From contig CATNEN010000003.1 of the NCBI GenBank assembly GCA_950097015.1, positions 8,866,001 to 8,930,000 of the forward strand: a stretch of DNA of 64,000 nucleotides. Reading direction: 5' to 3'. The notes under the pieces are model-generated. The model saw nothing but the letters and a program-made list of their open reading frames with translations, did not search any database and was not told where the DNA came from. Origin of the DNA: Macrostomum hystrix. Lineage: Eukaryota > Animalia > Platyhelminthes. Shown here in pieces: positions 50,545-63,096 of the stretch; position 1 is the stretch's first letter, and each line of letters begins with the position of its first letter. The position numbers were made by a program, and so were the translations under genes.

Positions 50545-52257
50545 AGACAGATAAACAGACAAGAACTGAACAAATAAACAGACAAGAACTGAACAGATAA
50601 ACAGACAAGAACTGGACAGATAAACAGACAAGAACTAGGCAGATAAAAAGACAAGAACTAAACAGATAAACAGACAAGAACTAAACAGATAAACAGACAA
50701 GAACTAAACAGATAAACAGACAAGAACTGAACAGATAAACAGACAAGAACTGGACAGATAAACAGACAAGAACTAGGCAGATAAACAGACAAGAAATAAA
50801 CAGATAAACAGACAAGAACTAAACAGATAAACAGACAAGAACTAAACAGATAAACAGACAAGAACTGAACAGATAAACAGACAAGAACTAAACAGATAAA
50901 CAGACAAGAACTGGACAGATAAACAGACAAGAATTGGACAGATAAACAGACAAGAACTGAACAGATAAACAGACAAGAACTAAACAGATAAACAGACAAG
51001 AACTAGGCAGATAAACAGACAAGAACTGAACAGATAAACAGACAAGAACTAAACAGATAAACAGACAAGAACTAGGCAGATAAACAGACAAGAACTGAAC
51101 AGATAAACAGACAAGAACTAAACAGATAAACAGACAAGAACTGAACAGATAAACAGACAAGAACTAGGCAGATAAACAGATAAACAGACAAGAACTAAAC
51201 AGATAAACAGACAAGAATTGGACAGATAAACAGACAAGAACTAGGCAGATAAACAGATAAACAGACAAGAACTGGACAGATAAACAGACAAGAACTAAAC
51301 AGATAAACAGACAAGAACTGAACAGATAAACTGACAAGAACTGGACAGATAAACTGACAAGAACTGAACAGATAAACAGACAAAAACTGGACAGATAAAC
51401 AGACAAGAACTGAACAGATAAACAGACAAGAACTAAACAGATAAACAGACAAGAACTAGGCAGATAAACAGACAAGAACTGAACAGATAAACAGACAAGA
51501 ACTAAACAGATAAACAGACAAGAACTGAACAGATAAACAGACAAGAACTAGGCAGATAAACAGATAAACAGACAAGAACTAAACAGATAAACAGACAAGA
51601 ATTGGACAGATAAACAGACAAGAACTAGGCAGATAAACAGATAAACAGACAAGAACTGAACAAATAAACAGACAAGAACTAAACAGATAAACAGACAAGA
51701 ACTGAACAGATAAACTGACAAGAACTGGACAGATAAACTGACAAGAACTGAACAGATAAACAGACAAGAACTGGACAGATAAACAGACAAGAACTAGGCA
51801 GATAAACAGACAAGAACTGGACAGATAAACTGACAAGAACTGGACAGATAAACAGACAAGAACTGGACAGATAAACAGACAAGAACTAAACAGATAAACA
51901 GACAAGAACTGAACAGATAAACAGACAAGAACTAAACAGATAAACAGACAAGAACTAAACAGATAAACAGACAAGAACTAAACAGATAGACAGACAAGAA
52001 CTAAACAGATAAACAGACAAGAACTGAACAGATAAACAGACAAGAACTAGGCAGATAAACAGACAAGAACTAAACAGATAGACAGACAAGAACTAAACAG
52101 ATAAACAGACAAGAACTAAACAGATAAACAGACAAGAACTAGGCAGATAAACAGACAAGAACTAAACAGATAAACAGACAAGAACTGGACAGATAAACAG
52201 ACAAGAACTGGACAGATAAACAGACAAGAACTAGGCAGATAAACAGACAAGAACTAG
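50545..52257. repeat. 23-bp minisatellite (cagataaacagacaagaact(a/g)(a/g)(a/g))
   Basis: About 74 units. Confidence 0.97.
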
Positions 52258-52999
52258 AAAGCTTTAAAATATTAAATAATAAATATTGGCTTTATTCAGC
52301 AAACTAGTATACGACTTTCACAGCTGCTAGGCACCATATGTTTGGCTACTTTACATTAATTGTATATATAGTCTGAGTCAAACAAAATCTAGGTACAGTA
52401 AGCCATTCGGACTGACACACAAACGCACACAAAGTTCCACAAACTAAAAGTCAAAGAGTGCCTATTCGATACACTATGCCGTGTGCGTGTGTGTCTATAT
52501 ACAGTACTCGTATGTGCGCTACAATTAAATGACTAATTAGCATAGGAATTCGCTTAGCGGTATAATGAACCATTATACAGGTAATAAATGTTTGACTAAT
52601 AACAAAAGCCAAAAAAACCAAGCAACAATAATATCTCGTAGTTTCGCTTTATCATTACAATAAACTGATATGGTAAGTAAGTGGTGTATATATATATAGA
52701 TTTTTATGCATACTTAGCAGTACAAAATATGCATAAATACAAACAAAAAATACGCACTTTATTTTTTAATTCTTGTCGTTTCTTTCCGGTTAATCACCGC
52801 TTAAAAGCTAGTCTTCCCAACTAGAGATAACAAGAGAATAAGCAGATTTAGGAAGCAGCCAAAATGAATTACAAAAAATTTACGCGTTACTACCCATATA
52901 TATTTTTAACTGGGACCACAAGATTAAGGAGGTAAGTTGATTTGATATATATAAAATACCTGTCTAATAAGACTGTGCGACAGATAAGTGGAATGAGAT

Positions 53000-54815
53000 T
53001 GATAGAGTGGACGAGATAGATTGACAGTGGGAGAGAAAATGAGTAGAGATTGATATACAGGTGAGACAACGGGAGAGATTGATAGACAGTGGGTGAGACA
53101 ACGAGAGAGACTGATAGACAGTGGGTGAGACAACGGGAGAGATTGATAGACAGTGGGTGAGACAACGGGAGAGACTGATAGACAGTGTTGAGACAACGGG
53201 AGAGATTGATAGACAGTGGGTGAGACAACGGGAGAGACTGATAGACAGTGTTGAGACAACGGGAGAGATTGATAGACAGTGGGTGAGACAACGGGAGAGA
53301 TTGATAGACAGTGGGTGAGACAACGGGAGAGACTGATAGACAGTGTTGAGACAACGGGAGAGATTGATAGACAGTGTTGAGACAACGGGAGAGATCGATA
53401 GACAGTGGGTGAGACAACGGGAAAGATCGATAGACAGTGGGTGAGACAACGGGAGAGATTGATAGACAGTGGGTGAGACAACGGGAGAGATTGATAGACA
53501 GTGGGTGAGACAACGGGAGAGATTGATAGACAGTGGGTGAGACAACGGGAGAGATCGATAGACAGTGTTGAGACAACAGGAGAGATCGATAGACAGTGTT
53601 GAGACAACGGGAGAGATTGATAGACAGTGGGTGAGACAACGGGAGAGACTGATAGACAGTGTTGAGACAACGGGAGAGATTGATAGACAGTGGGTGAGAC
53701 AACGGGAGAGATTGATAGACAGTGGGTGAGACAACGGGAGAGACTGATAGACAGTGTTGAGACAACGGGAGAGATTGATAGACAGTGTTGAGACAACGGG
53801 AGAGATCGATAGACAGTGGGTGAGACAACGGGAAAGATCGATAGACAGTGGGTGAGACAACGGGAGAGATTGATAGACAGTGGGTGAGACAACGGGAGAG
53901 ATTGATAGACAGTGGGTGAGACAACGGGAGAGATTGATAGACAGTGGGTGAGACAACGGGAGAGATTGATAGACAGTGGGTGAGACAACGGGAGAGATTG
54001 ATAGACAGTGGGTGAGACAACGGGAGAGATTGATAGACAGTGGGTGAGACAACGGGAGAGATTGATAGACAGTGGGTGAGACAACGGGAGAGATTGATAG
54101 ACAGTGGGTGAGACAACGGGAGAGATTGATAGACAGTGTTGAGACAACGGGAGAGATTGATAGACAGTGGGTGAGACAACAGGAGAGATCGATAGACAGT
54201 GAGTGAGACAACGGGAGAGATTGATAGACAGTGGTTGAGACAACGGGAGAGACTGATAGACAGTGTTGAGACAACGGGAGAGATCGATAGACAGTGGGTG
54301 AGACAACGGGAAAGATTGATAGACAGTGGGTGAGACAACGGGAGAGATTGATAGACAGTGGGTGAGATAACGGGAGAGATTGATAGACAGTGGGTGAGAC
54401 AACGGGAAAGATCGATAGACAGTGGGTGAGACAACGGGAGAGATTGATAGACAGTGGGTGAGACAACGGGAGAGATCGATAGACAGTGGGTGAGACAACG
54501 GGAGAGATTGATAGACAGTGAGTGAGACAACGGGAGAGATTGATAGACAGTGGGTGAGACAACGGGAGAGATCGATAGACAGTGGGTGAGACAACGGGAG
54601 AGACTGATAGACAGTGTTGAGACAACGGGAGAGATCGATAGACAGTGGGTGAGACAACGGGAGAGATTGATAGACAGTGAGTGAGATAACGGGAGAGATT
54701 GATAGACAGTGGGCGAGACAACGGGAGAGATTGATAGACAGTGGGCGAGACAACGGGAGAGATTGATAGACAGTGAGTGAGATAACGGGAGAGACTGATA
54801 GACAGTGGGTAAGAG
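53000..54815. repeat. 31/32-bp minisatellite (gagacaacgggagagattgatagacagtgggt)
   Basis: Direct reading; source of the three ~645-aa false ORFs. Confidence 0.97.
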
Positions 54816-55569
54816 AGACACTGTGAGAATAGAGGATTAAGAAATAGAAAGAGATAATCTGACTCAGACACAATGCTACTAAACAAAAAAGGTTTGTGCA
54901 CCAAATTTTAACGCACTGTACTAAACGGAGGTAAAAGGGTGCAATCCACTATATATTTTAATGAGTAGCTTTAAAATACAGAAGCAAACACACTCACATG
55001 ATACTTAGCAACAAGTTTAAATTACCGCCAAAAATAATCCATTTTCAAACGGAGTTCACAATAAACATAGCCGGATAAGAAAATACTTATGTTTTTGGGG
55101 TTTTAAAGTAAAACAAAACAACAATTTGTTATTCTGTTCATCATAACTAGAGTACACAAGAAAATAACTTGGCAACAAAATAAATTTCTTATCGTACATG
55201 AATGAGTTTAAGTGAGTCAGTTTAGTTAGCAAAGAAATTAAAATTATTTGTTTATTCCGAACCTGCGAGAATAAACAAGAAATTATACTTTTTACTTATT
55301 TTTAATTTCCAGTTTTAAGCAGCATAAAAAATCTTTTATTGTGCCCGAAACTTTTTTGACTAAAAATTACACGGTTTTCAATAATAAAACAAATGTGCAA
55401 AACTGCTCCAAAGATAGAAAATAAGAGATTTGAAATCAGTGCAACAGGCAAGCCTTCTTTGCGTTGAAGTATATTTTTACAAAGATTATTAAACTTAGTA
55501 CGCCTAGACCTGGGGTCGACAAGCTGCGAATAAACATATCTTTACCTGGTTGATACATCTTATCTAACA

Positions 55570-57630
55570 TGTCTCATGTATCCGATATCTCATCTTTTCT
55601 GAGTCTCATCCCTCCCGTGTCTCATTTCTCTTGTGTCTCATCCCTCCCATTCCTCATTTCTCCCGTGTCTCATCTCTCCCCTGTCTTATCTCTCCCGTGT
55701 CTCAACCCTCCCGTGTCTCATTTCTCTTGTGTCTCATCCCTCCCATTCCTCATTTCTCCCGTGTCTCATCCCTCCCATTCCTCATTTCTCCCGTGTCTTA
55801 TCTCTCCCCTGTCTTATCTCTCCCGTGTCTCAACCCTCCCGTGTCTCATTTCTCTTGTGTCTCATCCCTCCCATTCCTCATTTCTCCCGTGTCTCATCTC
55901 TCCCCTGTCTTATCTCTCCCGTGTCTCAACCCTCCCGTGTCTCATTTCTCTTGTGTCTCATCCCTCCCATTGCTCATGTGTCTCATCCCTCCCATTTCTC
56001 ATTTCTCTTGTGTCTCATCCCTCCCATTTCTCATGTGTCTCATCCCTCCCATTGCTCATGTGTCTCATCCCTCCCATTTCTCTTGTGTCTCATCCCTCCC
56101 ATTGCTCATGTGTCTCATCCCTCCCATTTCTCTTGTGTCTCATCCCTCCCATTTCTCATGTGTCTCATCCCTCCCATTGCTCATGTGTCTCATCCCTCCC
56201 ATTTCTCATGTGTCTCATCCCTCCCATTTCTCATGTGTCTCATCCCTCCCATTTCTCTTGTGTCTCATCCCTCCCATTGCTCATGTGTCTCATCCCTCCC
56301 ATTTCTCTTGTGTCTCATCCCTCCCATTGCTCATGTGTCTCATCCCTCCCATTTCTCTTGTGTCTCATCCCTCCCATTGCTCATGTGTCTCATCCCTCCC
56401 ATTTCTCTTGTGTCTCATCCCTCCCATTGCTCATGTGTCTCATCCCTCCCATTTCTCATTTCTCTTGTGTCTCATCCCTCCCATTTCTCATGTGTCTCAT
56501 CCCTCCCATTTCTCATTTCTCTTGTGTCTCATCCCTCCCATTCCTCATTTCTCCCGTGTCTTATCTCTCCCCTGTCTTATCTCTCCCGTGTCTCAACCCT
56601 CCCGTGTCTCATTTCTCTTGTGTCTCATCCCTCCCATTTCTCATGTGTCTCATCCCTCCCATTGCTCATGTGTCTCATCCCTCCCATTTCTCATTTCTCT
56701 TGTGTCTCATCCCTCCCATTTCTCATGTGTCTCATCCCTCCCATTGCTCATGTGTCTCATCCCTCCCATTTCTCATTTCTCCCGTGTCTTATCTCTCCCC
56801 TGTCTTATCTCTCCCGTGTCTCAACCCTCCCGTGTCTCATTTCTCTTGTGTCTCATCCCTCCCATTTCTCATGTGTCTCATCCCTCCCATTGCTCATGTG
56901 TCTCATCCCTCCCATTTCTCATTTCTCTTGTGTCTCATCCCTCCCATTTCTCATGTGTCTCATCCCTCCCATTGCTCATGTGTCTCATCCCTCCCATTTC
57001 TCATTTCTCCCGTGTCTTATCTCTCCCCTGTCTTATCTCTCCCGTGTCTCAACCCTCCCGTGTCTCATTTCTCTTGTGTCTCATCCCTCCCATTTCTCTT
57101 GTGTCTCATCTCTTTCAGTGTCTTATCTCTCCCGTGTCTCATTTCTCGTGTATCTCATCTCTTTCAGTGTATTATCTCTCCCGTGTCTTATTTCTCTTGT
57201 ATCTCATCTCTTTCAGTGTCTTATCTCTCCCGTGTCTCATCCCTCCCATTTCTCATTTCTCTTGTGTCTTATCCCTCCCGTGTCTCATTTCTCCCGTGTC
57301 TCAACTCTCCCGTGTCTCATCTCTCCCCTGTCTCATTTCTTACGTGTCTTATCTCTCCCTGTCTCATTTCTCAAGTATCTTATCTCTCCCCTGTCTCATC
57401 TCTCCCGTGTCTCATCTCTCCCCTGTCTCATTTCTTACGTGTCTTATCTCTCCCTGTCTCATTTCTCAAGTATCTTATCTCTCCCCTGTCTCATTTCTCA
57501 CGTGTCTCATCTCTCCCGTGTCTTATCTCTCCCCTGTCTCATTTCTTACGTGTCTTATCTCTCCCCTGTCTCATCCCTCCCGTGTCTCATTTCTCCCGTG
57601 TCTCATCTCTCCCGTGTCTCACCTCTCCCC
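55570..57630. repeat. Compound pyrimidine-rich minisatellite built on gtgtctcatctctccc / gtgtctcatccctcccatt units
   Basis: Same family as 4395-4925 and 5750-6200; preceded by a degenerate Charlie-like end ctggggtcgacaagc at 55510. Confidence 0.95.
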
Positions 57631-58053
57631 TCTGCTTGTCCTCCTTGATTTCATAGGTTACGCAAGCTTGCTCTGGGTTATAGAAGGATTAAAATCAGTT
57701 AAACAGTCCTTAGTTTGCTTCTGGAATGTACAAGCCGTTTAAGATGCAAAGTATAACAAATAAAACTGGAATACAATAGGGATAGTTCATAATGCCATCA
57801 CTAAATTCCAATGAAATTTTATCCTAAAGAAGCAGGTCCGTTGGTTAATTGATTAGCATAAAACATATTCGAATACAACAATACAGTTTTAGATAGAATA
57901 TATAAAAAAGATAGTTAACAATTCTTTCTCTATTCATAATTACTTTAATAATCACGATTAATCTAGAAGAGAGAAAAAAGCAAACGAATTGCCATTTTGT
58001 TGTAATCATTACAGAATAGTCAGTTGTTATAAAAACTATTAAATTTGCTTAAT

Positions 58054-61000
58054 TCACAATGTGTCCTCGGGTGTTCCAAATGATCCGTAGCCGCCAGTCA
58101 CAGGCAGTGAGCCGCTGTGCGCGTGGCGACTAGCGTTACCGGGGACAGTCGATGAACCACTAGCCGCCTGCTGCCTGTGGCTGCCGCCGCCGACTCCGCC
58201 GCGTTGAATGCCGCCGCCGCTGCCGTTGTTGTTACCACCGTCGCTATGGTAACTACGAGCGTCTGAATTAGATTCGTGCGATAATTGGCTAGCCCTAGAC
58301 CGTCTATTGGACTGGAGGCAGGTGCTCTGGTTGACTGGCTTTGTGGTTAGAATCAGATTAGAACTGTTGGCGACCATCATGTCCGTGACCTGAAAGCCAA
58401 GGATTAGAGAGTGTAGACTCAGTGTCAGTCTTGGGCTGGATCGGTACTCAAATATTACAATTCTAAGACTTATACGATTCTAATAAGCAAACCTTATTTT
58501 AAACCCCACCAAACTTAATCTACGTCGCATTAAAATATTTAAATCCTATTAAACCTACCTAAATTATTCTCATTAATTATATTAAAAGCTAAATTCTACC
58601 AAAACAGATCTAAAACACACCACACCCAGTCTAAATCCCATCAAAAAAATCAAAATCCCATCAAAGCCAATCAAAATCCCATCAAAGCCAATCAAAATCC
58701 TATCAAAGTCAATTAAAATGCCATCAAAGCCAATCAAAATCCTATCAAAGTCAATCAAAATGCCATCAAAGCCAATCAAAATCCTATCAAACCCAATCAA
58801 AATCCCATCAAACCCAATCAAAATCCCATCAAACCCAATCAAAATCCCATCAAACCCAATCAAAATGCCATTAAAGCTAATCAAAATCCTATTAAACCCG
58901 ATAGAAATCCCATCAAATCCAATATAAATCCATCAAATCCAATATAAATCCATCAAATCCAATATAAATCCCATCAAACCCGATATAAATCCATCAAACC
59001 CAATATAAATCCATCAAACCCAATATAAATCCCATCAAACCCGATATAAATCCATCAAACCCAATCAAATCCCATCAAAACCCCATCAAAGCCAATCAAA
59101 ATCCCATCAAGCCCAATCAAATCCCATCAAACCCAATAAAATCCCATCAAACCCAATAAAATCCCATCAAACCCAATCAAATCCCATCAAACCCAATCAA
59201 ATCCCATCAAACCCAATCAAATCCCATCAAACCCAATCAAATCCCATCAAACCCCAATCTTAATCTCATCACATCTTATCTAAATCGTATCCCGCTCAAT
59301 ACAAATATACTTTTTAAAAAATCCCAATAAAATGAAATAAATAAAACCGCACCTGGTCCAGAGTCTTGCCTGTGACCTCAATGCCGTTGACCTCGATAAC
59401 CTCGTCGTTAACAGCCAATAATCCGGTACTTTCAGCTAGGCCGCCTTGTAATAAACGCGATATAAAAATGGCAGGCACCTTTTCAATACCGCTTGGGGTG
59501 ACTCGAATTGAAGTTCCGTCGCGAATATAAAATCCCAGCGGTTTAGAGCTGCTGCGCATTAGTTTAACTCGCCTATAAGACTCTGGCACAATGTCCACGT
59601 CGATAATTGACGAAACTTTACGAAAATCGTCAAGCATTGTGATGCGGCGACTTGGTGCGGGCGCGGCAGACGCTGCCGACGAGGAGGAGCCAACACCGAA
59701 GCGGGATTTTTGTTGACGACGCGACTGCGGCAGATCGGACAAATAGCCCGTGTATTCCTCTTTGCGAAACACCTGTTCAGTTGATGCGAAGGATAAATAC
59801 CTTATCACATTATCAATAGCCATCTAGTCAAATCCCATCCTCAATAGCCATCTAGTCAAATTCCATTCTCAATAGCCATCTAGTCAAATTCCATCCTCAA
59901 TAGCCATCTAGTCAAATCCCATCCTCAATAGCCATCTAGTCAAATCCGATTCTCAATAGCCATCTAGTCAAATCCCATCCTCAATAGCCATCTAGTCAAA
60001 TCCGATTCTCAATAGCCATCTAGTCAAATCCCATTCTCAATAGCCATCTAGTCAAATCCCATTCTCAATAGCCATCTAGTCAAATCCCATTCTCAATAGC
60101 CATCTAGTCAAATCCCATTCTCAATAGCCATCTAGTCAAATCCCATCCTCAATAGCCATCTAGTCAAATCTGATTCTCAATAGCCATCTAGTCAAATCTG
60201 ATTCTCAATAGCCATCTAGTCAAATCTGATTCTCAATAGCCATCTAGTCAAATCTGATTCTCAATAGCCATCTAGTCAAATCTGATTCTCAATAGCAATC
60301 TAGTCAAATCTGATTCTCAATAGCCATCTAGTCAAATCTGATTCTCAATAGCCATCTAGTCAAATCTGATTCTCAATAGCCATCTAGTCAAATCCCATTC
60401 TCAATAGCCATCTAGTCAAATCTGATTCTCAATAGCCATCTAGTCAAATCTGATTCTCAATAGCCATCTAGTTAAATCCCATTCTTAATAGCCATCTAGT
60501 CAAATCCCATTCTCAATAGCCATCTAGTCAAATCTGATTCTCAATAGCCATCTAGTCAAATCCCATTCTCAATAGCCATCTAGTCAAATCCCATTCTCAA
60601 TAGCCATCTAGTCAAATCCCATTCTCAATAGCCATCTAGTCAAATCCCATTCTCAATAGCCATCTAGTCAAATCCCATTCTCAATAGCCATCTAGTCAAA
60701 TCCCATTCTCAATAGCCATCTAGTCAAATCCCATCCTCAATAGCCATCTAGTCAAATCTGATTCTCAATAGCCATCTAGTCAAATCTGATTCTCAATAGC
60801 CATCTAGTCAAATCTGATTCTCAATAGCCATCTAGTCAAATCTGATTCTCAATAGCCATCTAGTCAAATCTGATTCTCAATAGCAATCTAGTCAAATCTG
60901 ATTCTCAATAGCCATCTAGTCAAATCTGATTCTCAATAGCCATCTAGTCAAATCCCATTCTCAATAGCCATCTAGTCAAATCCCATTCTCAATAGCCATC

Positions 61001-63096
61001 TAGTCAAATCCCATTCTCAATAGCCATCTAGTCAAATCTGATTCTCAATAGCCATCTAGTCAAATCTGATTCTCAATAGCCATCTAGTCAAATCCCATTC
61101 TCAATAGCCATCTAGTCAAATCTGATTCTCAATAGCCATCTAGTCAAATCTGATTCTCAATAGCCATCTAGTCAAATCCCATCCTCAATAGCCATCTAGT
61201 CAAATCCCATTCTCAATAGCCATCTAGTCAAATCCCATTCTCAATAGCCATCTAGTCAAATCCCATCCTCAATAGCCATCTAGTCAAATCCCATTCTCAA
61301 TAGCCATCTAGTCAAATCCCATTCTCAATAGCCATCTAGTCAAATCCCATTCTCAATAGCCATCTAGTCAAATCCCATTCTCAATAGCCATCTAGTCAAA
61401 TCCCATTCTCAATAGCCATCTAGTCAAATCCCATCCTCAATAGCCATCTAGTCAAATCCCATTCTCAATAGCCATCTAGTCAAATCCCATTCTTAATAGC
61501 CATCTAGTCGAATCCCCATCTCAATAGCCATCTAGTCAAATCCGATTCTCGATAGCCATCTAGTCAAATATATGATCTCACCTGTAATCTCAGCAATCCA
61601 TTAACAGTTGTGACAGCGTGTGCCAAATTATCCGCATTATTAATTGGCAATACGTCTTCATCTCTGGCTGTGTAGAATACTAAAAACGGTTGATCGTCTA
61701 GCATGTGCAGCTGCTCCAACAGGTGATAGAATTTGGTAAAGGAATCTGGGCCATTGTTTGCGCTGCTTCCAGCACTATAATCTGCTTTGGCAACTGAGAA
61801 ACGACGAAATTCGGCGCCAAACTGAGGGTTTGAAGGTTTGGGGTAAGGGGTCAATTAATTGACTTTTTGTAAAATTGTCAATTAAGCATTTAGAAATAAG
61901 TGTACTAGCACATACTTGCATATGGTAGGAGCAAATAGATTAATTGTAACAAAAGTTACCTATAAAATCTCTACTGGCCATGCAACTGTTTTGAACAAAT
62001 AATGCTACAGACATTGTAGCAGGCTGTTAAAATAGGAACTTGTCACATTCTTCTTTGTTTTTTATCTTAATCTTTTCTTTTTTTGTAGCTTGAACCCTTA
62101 TCACTTTTTCTCACTTGGTACCAACTTTGATTTTTTACCCTAGGTTGTTCTGTTTTTTGTGACTTACCTTGCTTGGACCTTGATTAAAGGTGCTGTGCAT
62201 GTATGATTAAACTCATGTCTATAGTGTTTTTACAAGATTTGCAACATTCTTCAGTTTAATTACCTGTGGTATACTATATTGCAGAGAGAAACATTAAAAT
62301 GTTATTTTACCTATACCTTTTGCCTTCTTAGCTTTACAAGCCTAGCACTTTTGTTGTTGAAGAATATATCTAGTAACAATTTTAACATGGTCTGGTCAAG
62401 TAATAATGCTAGACCATGTATTCCTCTTTGCTGGCCAATGCCAATGTAGCTGCACTAAACAGTCAACCTCAGTCTAGTTGTGGTGGGGTTGGTGTGCATA
62501 GCTAGCCAACTCACCAAGCCAATGGGGTTTTGTGAAGTCAAGCCATTTTTACACAATTGTCTAGACCTTCTATGTTCATAATTTAAACATGCCCATTGCA
62601 GCCCACAATCTTTGACACCATTCTAACTTGTAAAAAAGACCTTCTGTCTTATTTAAGTGCAATGTATAAGTCTTAAATTTATTTACTGTATTAAATTGTC
62701 TTATTAGGTAAATAAGGAAATATATAATGTACTTATTTAATATTTGAGACTGAATCAAAAAATGTCTCGCATGACTGGAAAAATCAAAATGTAGGCCCCT
62801 AGCAAATTTTTCTAGATCTAGATTGTAGAATGTAGGTAGCTAATTTAGTACATTTTTAGGTGAGACCTATAACTAGTTTTTATGATTTGTGAAATTTAGA
62901 AAAATTTACTTAAAAATTTATTTAAAGAAAATATTCTACATGAAATACTTCTTGACAATGACTTAGTACAATAAATATACAAAACAGGTTGGCGGTTGCT
63001 ACAGATATTTTCAAAATATTTTTGAAACAAACAGTAACTTTATGTACTGATACTTACCCTGCTCTTTACTTCAAGAATATTTCCAGGAAGTGTCAT
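58054..63096 (-). CDS. PARD6: Partitioning-defective 6 (PB1, semi-CRIB, PDZ); exons 63096-63058, 61821-61582, 59772-59353, 58389-58054; 344 aa
   Basis: LEVKSR|FGAEFRRFS...LPINN.DNL..A; [23 protein letters not shown]; [10 protein letters not shown]...[37 protein letters not shown]|[21 protein letters not shown]. Three phase-0 GT-AG introns. Confidence 0.96.
58630..59260. repeat. 20-21-bp minisatellite (aatcccatcaaacccaatcaa) in Par-6 intron 3
   Basis: Direct reading. Confidence 0.93.
59812..61568. repeat. 28-bp minisatellite (caatagccatctagtcaaatc(cc/tg)attct) occupying nearly all of Par-6 intron 2
   Basis: About 63 units, from 12 nt after the donor to about 40 nt before the acceptor. Confidence 0.98.

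Noticed and set aside
52890-57742. 640-700-aa ORFs
   Set aside because: Open in all three frames of one strand and lie within minisatellites; artefacts of stop-free units.
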